Shown in pieces: positions 12,126 through 24,634 of a stretch of DNA of 64,000 nucleotides; position 1 is the stretch's first letter, and each line of letters begins with the position of its first letter. The translations under genes and the position numbers were made by a program. Origin of the DNA: Octopus sinensis (taxonomy: Eukaryota); assembly GCF_006345805.1 (NCBI RefSeq), contig NC_043000.1, forward strand, positions 12,462,001-12,526,000, given 5' to 3'. The notes beneath the pieces are model-generated. The model was given only the letters and a program-made list of their open reading frames with translations. It ran no database searches and had not been told where the DNA came from.

Positions 12126-12194
12126 CACCATAAGATCCCAGTCAATATTGACGTTTTCAAATAAATCTTTTCTGTTCTCCAAAGCAGCTTTTAT
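12126..12194 (-). CDS. ASAP: ASAP exon after ANK IKAALENRKDLFENVNIDWDLMV
   Basis: ttcag acceptor, gtaagt donor, 69 nt phase 0->0; aligns with ASAP1 ...HVHVEYEWNL. Confidence 0.9.
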
Positions 12195-14065
12195 CTGAAA
12201 TTATAAAAGTGATGGAGTTTGAGTATGGTGGTGGTGGTGGTGAAGTATTGTTGTGGTGGAGTGGTAGTGATTTGGTAGTGTACTGGCAGCGTGGTTGCAG
12301 CATGATGGTATGGTGCAATATGGGATTATTATTAATGTGTTGGTGGGATGAGAATGGAATATAGAATGATCAATAATGTATTGTATCTTTTACTTGATTC
12401 AGTCACTGGACAATGGCTATGCTGAGGAACCACCATGAAGGGTTTTAATTTAGCAAATCGACCCCAGTACTTATATTTTTAAGTCTAGTATTTATTATAT
12501 TGGTCTCTTTTTGCCAAACTGCTAAGTTAGAGGAACATAAACAAAGCAACACCAGTTACATACTTATTCATTTATTTATATATTTATTGTTGCTTCTAAC
12601 AAAGTTCTATTCAGTATTTCTTTTCAGTAGCAATCATGCATAGTACCATTTCATTCTTTTTTGAAATCATCAGCATGACATAACCTAAGGGATATGAATC
12701 TAACATTTTATGAAGTGAGACATTCCTTATAGATGGAAAATAATTAAAAATCAGATACCAATAAGAAATGTGTTTCTATATTTTCAGGTAGTGATCCTTG
12801 AGATCAATTTATGTTATGCAATTTACATCAGGTAACATTGTGTTACACACCTAGAATTTCTAAATTTACTACATAAGCCACTTACTGTAGCAGTGTTTTA
12901 CATACTTTTTTTGTCTTGTGCCCGAGAACTCACGATGCTGGTTATCCAGTTTCCTATTTCTTTATTGCCCACAAGAGGCTAAACATAGAGGGGACAAATA
13001 AGGACAGAGAAAGGGATTAAGTCGATTAAATCGACCCCAGTGCATAACTGGTACTTAATTTATCGACCCCAAAAGGATGAAAGGCAAAGTCAACCTCGGC
13101 GGAATTTGAATTCAGAATGTAACGGCAGACGAAATACTGCTAAGCATTTTGCCCAGCATGCTAATATTTCTGCCAGCTCGCCGCCAGTTTCCATAGTGAA
13201 TATGTGATCAAGATCACGACATTCCTCTGGATAAGAGGCTGGTCTGTTGCAGGCTTCAAGGCTAGCAATTCTGAGGGGTGGGAACAGGTTGATTAAATCA
13301 ACATCAGTATTGGTCTGGTGCTTTATTTGATCAATCCTGAGAGGTTGAAAGGCAAAGTTAAACTCAGTGGCTTGGTAGGATTTGAACTTGGAATATAAAG
13401 AGCTGGAAGAAATTCTGCTAATCATTTTGTCTGATGTGCTAACGATTCTGCCAGCTCACCATCTTAATAATAATAACTCTTTCTAATTTTGACACAGAGC
13501 TAGCAATTTTGAGGGGAGGGGACAAGTCGATTACAATGACCCCAGTTCTTGACTGGTACCTTATTTTACCGACACCAAAGGGAAGAAAGGCAAAGCTAAC
13601 CTCAGCAGAATTTGAACTCAGAATGTAAAGCACATGAAGAAATGCTGCAAAGTATTTTGTCTGACGTGCTAACAATTCTGCCAGCACACTGCCTTTATTT
13701 AACAATAAAGACAACAACAATTATATAGATATCATTACACATGTTTACCATGGTGGGATATGAACTCAGAATGTAAAGAACTAGAAGAAATGCTGCTAAG
13801 CATTTTGTCTGTTATGCTAACAATTTTGCCAGCTCACTGCCTCGTTTTACACACAAAGGCATCATATTTACTATACATAACTATGTATTACATCATTGGA
13901 CATGCTACACAAGCCACTCCCTCTAACAGTATCGCTTTGTTACATTATTAGGTTTGCTACACAAAATATATCCCATAAAGGAGTGAAATTTATAAGAAAG
14001 ATATAAAGGACACCCCGTGAAATTTATAAGAAAGATATAAAGGAAATGCTGAGGTGATGACTGAC

Positions 14066-14252
14066 CAGTTCAGCACAAAGTTGGTGGTTATTTTCAATGG
14101 CAATATCTAGAGGAGCTTGGCCTGCAATGTTCTCGAGTGAAGCCATGTCTGGTTTGGTGCGCAATATCAACTTTATACATTCAGATTTGTTGAGTTGAGC
14201 ACATAAATGGAGGGCTGTGTTGCCATCTTTGGTTCGTTTATCCAGACTAGAA
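14066..14252 (-). CDS. ASAP: ASAP exon, ankyrin repeats SSLDKRTKDGNTALHLCAQLNKSECIKLILR...NHQLCAEL
   Basis: ttgcag acceptor, gtcagt donor, 187 nt phase 2->0. Confidence 0.95.
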
Positions 14253-15196
14253 CTGCAATTAGAGTGAAACCATGTCAACCTTGTTACATTAATTAATTAA
14301 ATTACTCAATTAAAATACTCACACATAGATGTTGTCATCATCGTCACATCATCATCACTATCAACCCCTGCACATTATCGTCTTAGGTCCTATGACACAT
14401 TAGGCCACACACACTTACATACAAGAAAATAAGAAACCAATAACAGTATAACCAAACAAAATACCCTTGTTTAAAACTGACTAATGACAAATCAGTGAAA
14501 GAGCCCCAATGTGTTTGGTCAACTTGCAAGAAATACAAGCTAAATCTTCCTTAAATCTGAATAATGTAGTCTGAGACGTACACATGCCAAAAAAAAATGA
14601 GATGGTCATGACACATGACCAAAATATTTAAAGAATATTAGAGAGTGACCAGTTCAAATATTGTAAATATAAAACAGGGAATTTTAAACACACAAATGTT
14701 ATAGATACAAAGTAGGGTCCTGGCCAGTTGAGATGTTCTCGATATACAACTAGGAATGTATAACCATGTCTATATTATATAAATATCTAAATATTGTAAA
14801 TATAAACATGGAAACTGATTAGTTGGAAAACTGTATATATAGCCACCTAACGAGACGATTGGTCAAAACTTTGATGACGTCTCGTTCCGCTGGACTAGCC
14901 ACCTAACAGGTGATATAAAACCCAAACAATTCACAAGATTCACCAGAACTATTCGAACAGACACCAACCAAAAGTCATCACAGTTGCTCCCATTGGAACA
15001 CAAGGTAAAACCTAAAATGAATTCCTCGCTTTTTCAAGAACATGAATTTTTTATATTAAATGCATATCACCACTATGAACTACTACATCATACTCTTTAA
15101 ACATATAGCATGGACTCGCTTCACTATATATGAATTTTTTTATTATATATGAATTTTTTATATTTGATAGCATGAACTATCTTTTTTATATATAAA

Positions 15197-15247
15197 TTTT
15201 TTTTGATAAGGTTCATCATTTCAAGAACCGAAACATGTTAAATAAAT
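15197..15247 (+). ncRNA. Minimal type I hammerhead ribozyme motif, U3-A8 variant
   Basis: UUGAUAA-GGUUC/GAACC-GAAAC-AU-GUU; palindromic stem III AACAUGUU; weak AU-only stem I. Confidence 0.55.
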
Positions 15248-15308
15248 AATGTATATATAAAAATTTAAAATTTGTCTAATATAGCAGCATTTTCAAACTT
15301 CATTTTTT

Positions 15309-15346
<38 letters not shown>

Positions 15347-16019
15347 TAAATCAAAGACTGACGAGAGCAGTTGTACATATAGAATTAGGAGTATGAATGT
15401 TTCCACAGAGTAAAATATAGATTCGAGAGATTAATCAGTGCAAATGTTGCTCATATAAAACAAGGAGATCTCTCTGTCTTTATATATCATCATTGTTTAA
15501 CGTCTGCTTTCCATGCTGACGATTTGACTGAGGTCTGGTGAACCAGATAGCTGCACCAGGCTTCAACCTTGATCTGGCAGAGTTTCTACAGCTGGATGCC
15601 CTTCCTAACGCCAACCACTCCGAGAATGTAGTGGGTGCTTTTACGTGCCAGTTAGGCAGTACTGGCAACGACCTCGCTCAAATCTTTTACACATGCCATT
15701 GGCACAGGTGCCAAGTGTACTGTTTTGTGATGGTAAGATCAACAAAAGAAATATTCCATATTGTGAGAGATAAATATTATTTAATAAACACAATATATGA
15801 TTTTATGTGCTACTATTAGTTTCATGTGCCAAGAGCATGCCAGACAGTATTTTTTAACATGTCTGGTATCCTATCACAATCATCAGGTACTGCCCACATA
15901 GCATAAGAAACTAAAAATGGGACGATAGGATGAGAGCAAAAGTGAGAAAGACTAGATATAAAAGATGGAAGATTGAAAAACTATACACACACAACACACA
16001 CACATAGTCCAAATGCTGT

Positions 16020-16607
16020 CATCATCATCATCATCGTTTAGCGTCCGTTTTCCATGCTAGCATGGGTTGGATGGTTCTACTGGGGTCTGTGAAGCCAGAA
16101 GGCTTCATCAGGCCCAGTCAAATCTGGCAGTGTTTCTACGGCTGGATGCCCTTCCTAACGCCAACCACTCCGTGAGTGTAGTAGGTGCTTTTTACGTGCC
16201 ACCCGCACAGGTGCCAGGCGAGGCTGGCAACGGACACGAACGGATGGTGCTTTTTACATGCCACTGGCACGAGGCTAGTCGGGGCGGCGCTGGCAACGGT
16301 CGCGAAACGGAAGGTTCTCTTACATGCCACCGGCACTGGTAACACAACTGCAATTTCCATTGATCGATTTCGATTCTGATCCTCACTTGCCTCAACAGGT
16401 CTTCACAAGTAGAGTTTCGACATGCCACCGGCACTGGTAACACATCTGCAATTTCCATTGATCGATTTCGATTCTGATCCTCACTTGCCTCAACAGGTCT
16501 TCACAAGTAGAGTTTTGTGTCCCAAGAAGGGAAGGTATGCATACGTAGGCTGGCTCCATCCCATGTAGAAGGCCACGGGTTATGGACTCACTTGTCCTGC
16601 CGGGTAC
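16020..16607 (-). mobile_element. RTE-type 3'UTR/tail repeat with a ~98-bp internal tandem duplication (similar tails at 11015-11410, 15480-15720, 18250-18620, 21205-21360, 26620-26960, 55955-56125, 59600-59770, 60635-60810, 62530-62930)
   Basis: Shares ...gcatggaaagcggacgttaaacgatgatgat end and gtgccantggcac repeats with 1383-1980. Confidence 0.8.
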
Positions 16608-16755
16608 ATCTGGATATTAAGTGTTGAAAAACCACACCTAGTCATGAACCCAGCACATACTACATTCCACCAATGGTTCCAATACTTAAAACTGGTCACC
16701 ACCCAGTAATCAAACTCACAATTTAACCCACCATCACCTTAGCCCCCATACTTAC

Positions 16756-16847
16756 ATACTGCTATTCTGTATAATAAAGTCCACCATATGTAAACTGTTT
16801 CCATCTTCTTGACTAATTGCCATGTGCAGTGAAGTCTCATCATTCTC
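16756..16847 (-). CDS. ASAP: ASAP exon, ankyrin repeat ENDETSLHMAISQEDGNSLHMVDFIIQNSS
   Basis: ttcag acceptor, gtaagt donor, 92 nt phase 0->2. Confidence 0.95.
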
Positions 16848-16927
16848 CTGAAAAATACAATTATAGAACATACAATGCATCATCCCTAGGTGGCTGTATG
16901 TAGGTCACAGGGTACTTAAACAACACA

Positions 16928-17076
16928 CATGTACATTATTTACATTTGACGGATATTTGTCCTCATCTTGTTTGTTGCTAACGTAACGTTTCAGCTAATA
17001 TACCCTCCAGCCTTCATCAGGTGTCTTGGGGAAATTTCAAACCTAGGTTCTTATTCCTAAGGTATTTTCAATGTTG

Positions 17077-17108
<32 letters not shown>

Positions 17109-17381
17109 TTATGTTTGACTTTTGCTTTACATTTGTACAAGTTGGCTCCAAGTCTCACTCAGAGACCTCAGGAGACAACAAGTTGGAAGTTCATCTTGGT
17201 GTTATGCCTAGGGTACCATATATTTGGTTTTGTACATAGTGTTGTTCGAGAGAATGTTTAAGAAACCATAAGAAAATTATTATTATTTTTATTATTATTA
17301 TTATTGTTCAGGTCACTGCCTGGAATAGAACTCAGAATCTTGGGTTAGTAGTCCGCACTCTTAACCAACAGATCATATGCC
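16928..17381 (-). mobile_element. tRNA-headed element carrying a hammerhead motif, interrupted at (AAT)n by a probable R4/Dong-like 3'UTR
   Basis: A/B-box head 17381-17305; CUGAUGA...GAAACGUU at 17020-16985; insert ~17085-17290 bounded by (TAA)n. Confidence 0.65.
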
Positions 17382-17531
17382 ATATGTAGTATAATACAGA
17401 CTAGTGGCTCTCAACCATTTTCACATCCCTTGGATTACTATTTTATTCTAGTGAACCCCATAGCCATTTGATTTTTAAAAACTAGTTTTATAAACGCATC
17501 TTTCAAAGTTCCTATTTTGTTTTTCACATGA

Positions 17532-17914
17532 GGCGCAGGAGTGGCTGTGTGGTAAGTAGCTTGCTTACCAACCACATGGTTCCAGGTTCAGTCCCACTGC
17601 ATGACACCTTGGGCAAGTGTCTTCTACTATAGCCTCGGGCCAACCAAAGCCTTGTGAGTGTATTTGGTAGATGGAAACTGAAAGAAGCCTGTCATATATA
17701 TGTGTGTGTGTGTCTATGTTTGTCCCCCCCCAACATCGCTTGACAACCGATGCTGGTGTGTTTATGTCCCTGTAACTTAGCGGTTCGGCAAAAGAGACCG
17801 ATAGACTAAGTACTAGGCTTATAAAGAATAAGTCCTGAGGTCGATTTGCTCGACTAAAGGCGTTGTCCCAGCATGGCCACAGTCAAGTGAATGAAACAAG
17901 TAAAAGAGAGAGAG
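17532..17914 (+). mobile_element. CORE-like SINE
   Basis: Near full-length match to 6605-6998. Confidence 0.85.
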
Positions 17915-18066
17915 TTACATCTATCTGTCACTTATTTCCCCTCATTTCATTTGTGTTATTTCACCTGTGAGTATATACGCATACAAACTACTAACACAGG
18001 TACTATGCACACATGCACAAGCATACACAAACATACATCTTGTATCAACCAAGTACACAGCAGTCA

Positions 18067-18106
<40 letters not shown>

Positions 18107-18996
18107 TGTATCACCAAAGACACAACAGAATTCACACACATACAAGCCAATGTGGTATCTTTAAATGGCCATTCAAGCTGCTGGAGGTCACATCGTATTG
18201 TATTAAACAGAAAAAATACACATGTTAAATATTACAGTTCTGGATACATCATCATCATCATCATCGTCGTTTAACGTCCGTTCTCCATGCTAGCATGGGT
18301 TGGACGGTTCGACCGGGGTTCTGGGAAGCCAGAAGGCTGCACCAGGCTCCAGTCTAATTTGGCAATGTTTCTACAGCTGGATGCCCTTCCTAACGCCAAC
18401 CACTCCGTGAGTGTAGTGGGTGCTTTTTACGTGCCACCTGCACAGGTGCCAGGCGGGGCTGGCAACGGCCACGGTCAGATTGGTGTATTTTATGTGCCAC
18501 CGGCACGGAAGCCAGTCGAAGCGGTGCTGGCATCGGCCACGAGTCGGATAGTGCTTTTTACGTACCACCAGACCAGGGATCCTGGCTGGTTCAATTCGAT
18601 TTCGATGATTGCCATGGCTGGAATGTCTTTGACCACAGGCCTGCTGGATGAGTGGAGGCGCAATGGCCCAGTGGTTAGGGCAGCGGACTCGCGGTCAGAG
18701 GATCACAGTTTCGATTCCCAGACTGGGCGTTGTGTGTGTTTATTGAGCAAAAACACCTAAAAGCTCCACGAGGCTCTGGCAGGGGGTGGTGGCAACCCCT
18801 GTTGTACTTTTTCGCCACAACTTTTTCTCACTCTCTCTTCCTGTTTCTTGAGTAACGCTGCGATGGACTGGCGTCCCGTCCAGCTGGGGGGGGACTCATA
18901 CGCCATAGAAACCGGGCCAATGAGCCTGGCTAGGCTTGAAAAGAAAAAAAATAAAGGTCTGCTGGATTAGGGCCACCCAACAACAACAGCATACAT

Positions 18997-19030
<34 letters not shown>

Positions 19031-19035
19031 CGTAC

Positions 19036-19216
19036 TGTATTTGGCAGGGTTGTCATCAGCTCCAATCCCTCAGCATGTACCTGTAGCAGTGCAAACACGT
19101 CCTTTGATGCAATTGCTTGTTGCAGTTCCTGTTTCAAGTCTTCCTTGTCTGTGCATGTCTGGATCACATATTTGTGCTGTTCATATTTCGCCTTGATAAA
19201 CTCTCGACGTTTGTTC
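19036..19216 (-). CDS. ASAP: ASAP exon, GAP end NKRREFIKAKYEQHKY...LLQVHAEGLELMTTLPNT
   Basis: atcag acceptor, gtacgt donor, 181 nt phase 2->0. Confidence 0.95.
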
Positions 19217-20373
19217 CTGATCAAAGAAGCAACAGCACAAAAAAAAAAATAAGATAAACTGTCAAGAATTTCTCTGAGACAAAGGAGTTTGTTAAACTAA
19301 TCTAAGACTCAGAAACAATGTTTTTTTCACGTTTTTTCCGAATCTATTTATCACGTACCACCAACACAAGTGCCATTAAGGCGACACAGGTAATGATCAC
19401 ACTCGAATGGTGTTTTTTACGTGCCACTGGCACGGAGGCCAGCTTGTTGCTCTGGCAATGATCACGCTCGTACATGTTTTGAATTAATCACACATTATCT
19501 TGGAGATCTGTGATGTTGGTGAAACAACAGTTACTTTTTAGAATGATATCATAGGGTTGGTGTGTGAGACCAAATCTGGCCACCATGAACATAGAGCTGG
19601 TAGAATATATGAGCTGTATATAGCCAGTTCAAATACTTATTTCTTTACTACCCACAAGGAGCTAAACACAGAGAGGACAAAAAGGACAGACAAACGGATT
19701 AAGTTGATTATATCTACTCCAGTGAGTAACTGGTACTTATTTAATCAACCCCGAAAGGATGAAAGGCAAAGTCGACCTCGGCGGAATTTGAACTCAGAAC
19801 GTAACGGCAGATGAAATACCGCTAAGCATTTTGCCCGGCGTGCTAACGATTCTGCCAGCTCACCACCAGTTCAAATACTAAAGGGCTAAACATGCTAATG
19901 ATTCCAGCAGCTCTAAGACTAATAACAATAACAACACAACACCAGTAATTTTGAAGGGAGTAGTTTAGTCAGTTACATCAACCATGGTACATGACTGTTT
20001 TAATTGTGGATGCTAGGGAGATAAATAGTAATGATTGCTTCTAAGACAGGCATAAGGCCTAAAACCTTTGTGAGGAGGAGTCAGTTGATTCAATTGACTC
20101 CTAATACTTTATGTAACTGACTCAAGAGATGAATGGCAAAAATTGATCTGCCAGGATTTCTTTCCTGTTCATATCATTCTTTTGGTGTTGACAAAGAAAG
20201 GCTCAAGGAAAACATTAATAGCATCAATCTCACTGGTTTTGGAGGGCCTGCATAGACTATAGATGCTGCACCTTTCTTGGGACCCAGTAAGTAGAAACAA
20301 AAAGATATGTAGCAGTGTGTGTGTGTGTGTGTGTGTGTGTACAGAGAGGGAGAGAGATAGAACATGTACTTAC

Positions 20374-20468
20374 ATGCCACTTGTCGCCTTTGGTTTCAGT
20401 GAAGTGTCAAATGCTAATTTGGCTTCCATGATGTCATTGAAATTGCTGTTACCCACCGCTCTTGCTAA
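20374..20468 (-). CDS. ASAP: ASAP exon, ArfGAP LARAVGNSNFNDIMEAKLAFDTSLKPKATSG(M)
   Basis: ttcag acceptor, gtaagt donor, 95 nt phase 0->2. Confidence 0.95.
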
Positions 20469-20531
20469 CTGAAATGGAGATACAAGATCATATAAGATAT
20501 ATGTGTGTGTGTGTGTGTGTGTGGTGTATAG

Positions 20532-20570
<39 letters not shown>

Positions 20571-20667
20571 TATAAGAAATAATTAAGATTCAATTGAATT
20601 AGATACCTAAGTTGAGGCACCAAGTCAGTCCGGTATTATCTGCACGGCTTGAAGTAAGGTGAATAAA

Positions 20668-20877
20668 AAGCAAATAAGTAACAAGGATGTCCAGGTATTA
20701 GTGTATTATGGCCGTTTCAAGCAGCTCCATTTAATCAATCAATGCAAGCATTACACCAATTTGAAATACACTGGTGTATTTCAAATTGGTGTAATGTTTG
20801 CATTGATTGATTAAAAGGAGCCACTTGAAACGGCCATAATACACTAATACCTGGACATCCTTGTTACTTATTTGCTT
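20668..20877. repeat. Fold-back palindrome, ~104-bp arms, 2-nt loop
   Basis: aagcaaataagtaacaaggatgtcc ... ggacatccttgttacttatttgctt. Confidence 0.9.
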
Positions 20878-21732
20878 CATATATATATATATTATATATA
20901 TTGTGTGTATATGAATACAATATTTTAGAGAGAGAGAGAGAGAGAGAGAGGAGGAATCAACCTTCAACCAGCATGTAGGACTGCTGCTTTATTTACAGCC
21001 TCTTCAAAAGGATGAAGAGCAAAGCTGACCTCATGGTATTTGAACTCAGAATCATTATCTAATACCCATGTTCCATGTTGGCATGTGTAAGACCATGTTT
21101 TTGGTGCTTGCTAAATTTTCTGGAGAACAATTCTTAGTGGTAAGACCATAGCGGATCTTCTTCTAGCATAAGGGTTTCCACATAGTGGTAAATTCCCCCT
21201 TATATCATCATCATCATCGTTTAGCGTCCGCTTTCCATGCTAGCATGGGTTGGACGGGTCAACTGGGGTCTGTGAAGCTGGAAGGCTTTGTCAGGCCCAG
21301 TCAGATCTGGCAGTGTTTCTACGGCTGGATGCCCTTCCTAACGCCAACCACTCCGCGGTTGGCGTTATATATATATATAAGTATATATATATATATATAT
21401 ATATATATGCCTGTATGTGTGTGTTTGTATCTTGTGCTTGTTCCCCACTGCACCTCTTTACAACCAATGTTGGTTTGTTTATGTTCCTGTAATGAAGCAG
21501 TTTGACCAAAAGGACTGATAAAAAATTATGAAACTTTAAAAAAAAAAAACAGAACATAATCACTAGGGCCAATTTGTTTAACTAACTAAAACCCTTTCAA
21601 GCAGTACCCCAGCAAGGGGTGCCACCCAATGACCGAAACAAACAAAAGAAGATACAGGAAAATGCCATAGCTTGCTATAGCCAATAACTTGAGGCACCTG
21701 AGAGTAATATGTGACAGCAAAGAGGTACATAC

Positions 21733-21866
21733 CAGCAGCTGGGATGTACCAAGTTCATCTATGACAATACTCTGTGTCCTACTGATGTGGACACCAACCT
21801 CACGATGAATACCACAGCACTCCAGACAGATCAAGATACCCAAGTTGGTGGACAACCATTCTGGAT
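21733..21866 (-). CDS. ASAP: ASAP exon, ArfGAP (D)[44 protein letters not shown]
   Basis: ttgcag acceptor, gtatgt donor, 134 nt phase 1->0; second CxxC and catalytic Arg (GIHR). Confidence 0.97.
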
Positions 21867-22330
21867 CTGCAAAGAAAGAAATAGGTAGATATGGTATTGT
21901 AAGTGGTGGTGGTGGTGAAACTGATCATTGATGGTAGTGTTAAGGGCAGTAGTAGAGGTAGTAGTGGTGTTTGTAGTAGGGGTGTTTGGGTCATAGTGAC
22001 AGTGGCGATGGTGGTGGTAATGATTGTGGGAGTGGCGTATTGGTGGTAACGTAGCAATGGCAATGTGGTGGTAGTGATGGTAATGATTGTGAGAGGGGCA
22101 TATTGGTGGTAACGTAGCAATGGCAATGTGGTGGTGGTGGTGGTAATGATGATGATAATGAAGGTCATGATGACAGTAATGATGATGATGGCGATGATGA
22201 TGATGACAACGACGATGACAGCAGTTATTACAACACAATAATAAGTTTGATTATAGTGATGACAGCAAGCTAAAGTTGCCCAGGAAACCACATCAAGAAA
22301 GTATGAAAGAAAAAAAAGAAGAGAAAATAC

Positions 22331-22500
22331 CTGGTGCTCCACAATCGCAGCATGTCTTGTTGCCAGGCAACTGCTTCACTCGTTCAATGATGCTACATGT
22401 CAGTTCACGGACACTCTGATTTATCGAGGTGGAATTGCTGTTGTCTTGGAATGCTTTCAGTAACACTTCTTCCTTGGCATTGTTTAGTACCGAGATCCAT
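22331..22500 (-). CDS. ASAP: ASAP exon, PH end to ArfGAP start WISVLNNAKEEVLLKAF...VKQLPGNKTCCDCGAP
   Basis: tacag acceptor, gtattt donor, 170 nt phase 2->1; first CxxC of the GAP zinc finger. Confidence 0.96.
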
Positions 22501-23200
22501 CTGTAATGGCAGAATACAAGTCAGATGATGAACTTTATGGAATCTTTTACAATAAAACTTATTGGCATCCATAATGGTACATCTGATAATAATCTTAGTT
22601 TTAAATTTTGAAATTAGTACGTTAACCAAATGTATCCCCCAGTGGATCATAGCAAACTTCACACAATTGCCTTATGCACCAGCGGTGGTAAATTTTCATA
22701 ATTTGAGAAAATATTTTATTCTGTATCTTTGACATGGTTTCGAGGATATTTAAATAACATGAGTGCAAAATATTAAATAACAGACAAGTGGGTGCTGAAA
22801 AGTTCCTGGCTTTAAGGGTATTGTAAAAGTCCCGGTTGGAGGTCCAAACTTCCAAATTCTTTTACAGGGTTTAGGAAAACTGAAGGACCACTGTAATAAG
22901 TGTGTGAATCTTTTCAGCACCCCCTCATAAGTGCTAAATATTGAAGTTAATCATGAAATATTAGTGTTAAACCCCTGTCATAAATTCAGCATTAAACTTA
23001 GAAATAAACTGTATGATGAGATCTTCAGAAGTAGATTTGGAATGGTTGTGTCGTTAAGAACCTTGCTTTGCAGCCACATGGTTCCAGGTTCAGTCTCACT
23101 GTGCAGCACTTTATGCAAATGCCCTTCACTATACTCTGGGCCAACCAATGTCTTCTGAGTGAATTTAGTAGACTGAAACTGTGTGGAAGTACATCACATG

Positions 23201-23228
<28 letters not shown>

Positions 23229-23231
<3 letters not shown>

Positions 23232-23610
23232 TACTTGTTTCAGTAATTTGACTGCAGCCATGCTGGAGCACTGTCTTTAGTCAAGCAAATCAACCCCAGA
23301 ACTTATTCTTTGTAAACCTAGTACTTATTCTATAGGTCTCTTTTGGTGAACTGCTAAGTTACGGGGGCGTAAACACACCAGCATCGGTTGTTAAGCGATG
23401 TTGGGGGGAGAAACACAGACACACAAACACATATATATACATATATACAATGGGCTTCTTTCAGTTTCCGTCTACCAAATCCATTCACAAGGCTTTGGTC
23501 GGCCTGACGCTATAGTAGAAGACACTTGCCCAAGGTGCCACGCAGTGGGACTGAACCTGGAACCATGTGGATGGTAAGCAAGCTACTTACCACACAGCCA
23601 CTCCTGTGCC
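23229..23610 (-). mobile_element. CORE-like SINE
   Basis: Reverse-complement match to the family. Confidence 0.85.
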
Positions 23611-23951
23611 TATATATATATACACACACACACACGCACATACATGACAGGTTTCTTACAGTTTCCATTCACCAAATCCACTCACAAGGGTTTGGTTGGC
23701 CCAGGGCTATAGTTGAAGACCTTTGCCCAAGGAACTGTGCACTGGAACTGAACTCAAGACTACAGGCTTGGGAAACAAACTTCAAACTTCTGAAATGCCG
23801 ATTTCCTCTTGTACTTGTAATTTTTTCTTTTTTAAATCAAAAATATATGCACTGAAATTAAGGACCTGCCTTACTTTACTTTACTCTAAAGAAAGACCCT
23901 ATTGTTTTGTAAAAGTTTTGATGTAAAGCAAATTAATAAGGTAGAACTCAC

Positions 23952-24000
23952 TCTTCCATTTCTTTCTCATCATCTGCTTGGAAATGGTAAGTTCGATTTT
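23952..24000 (-). CDS. ASAP: ASAP exon, PH domain (K)NRTYHFQADDEKEME(E)
   Basis: ttcag acceptor, gtgagt donor, 49 nt phase 1->2. Confidence 0.95.
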
Positions 24001-24582
24001 CTGAAAAATACAACAACAGTGTATTGGATAAACTTTGATAAGTATAAAATGAATGAGAGATTTACAGAGAACAAAGATGTTTCCACTTTTGATGGGCAGT
24101 AGTCATCACCACCAACAACAACAACTATCCTCTTATCCAGAGCTAAGAGGAATGTGGACGTATGTTTCTGATTTGATAGCCATCATCAGAACAACGACTG
24201 TTCAACCTTATCTCCAGAAACCAAGCAACTTAGACTTATACAAAACAGAGTAGGATACATTTTATAGTCTTGGTAATTTGCGTAATTTAAATAAAAATAT
24301 TTTAAGTGGCCAACTGTATGTATTTGAACAACATAGGAAAATACAGGTATATCAAATATCATACAACATTAATTCTTGATTTATTAAAATTATCTCGACC
24401 TCTAGAGGATGTGCCATAATTACCAAATGGAAATTAAGACCAACTCTGCTTAAAAAGGGGAGATAATCTCAAGGTTCAAGAATCAGAACTGCCCACTCAG
24501 ATTTATTTCTCTTGGCTCAATTCTGTTTAAATTAAGTAAGGGTTACATTCATGAAAAGAAAAGAGCAAAACAGACTACTTAC

Positions 24583-24634
24583 TAGAACTAGATATCAAAT
24601 CGAAATATTTCTTGCCAGGGTCATCTGGTACTAA
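24583..24634 (-). CDS. ASAP: ASAP exon, PH domain LVPDDPGKKYFDLISSS
   Basis: ttcag acceptor, gtaagt donor, 52 nt phase 0->1. Confidence 0.93.

Noticed and set aside
12788-12831. Plus-strand ttttcag...CAG|gtaaca exon-like segment
   Set aside because: Antisense and isolated, with no recognisable product
14830-14910. Functional hammerhead CUAACGA...AAAAC
   Set aside because: Both core segments are mutated and stem I does not pair; at most a decayed remnant
17305-17381. tRNA gene
   Set aside because: Only A/B-box-like head; no full cloverleaf or acceptor stem. The same applies to the SINE heads elsewhere
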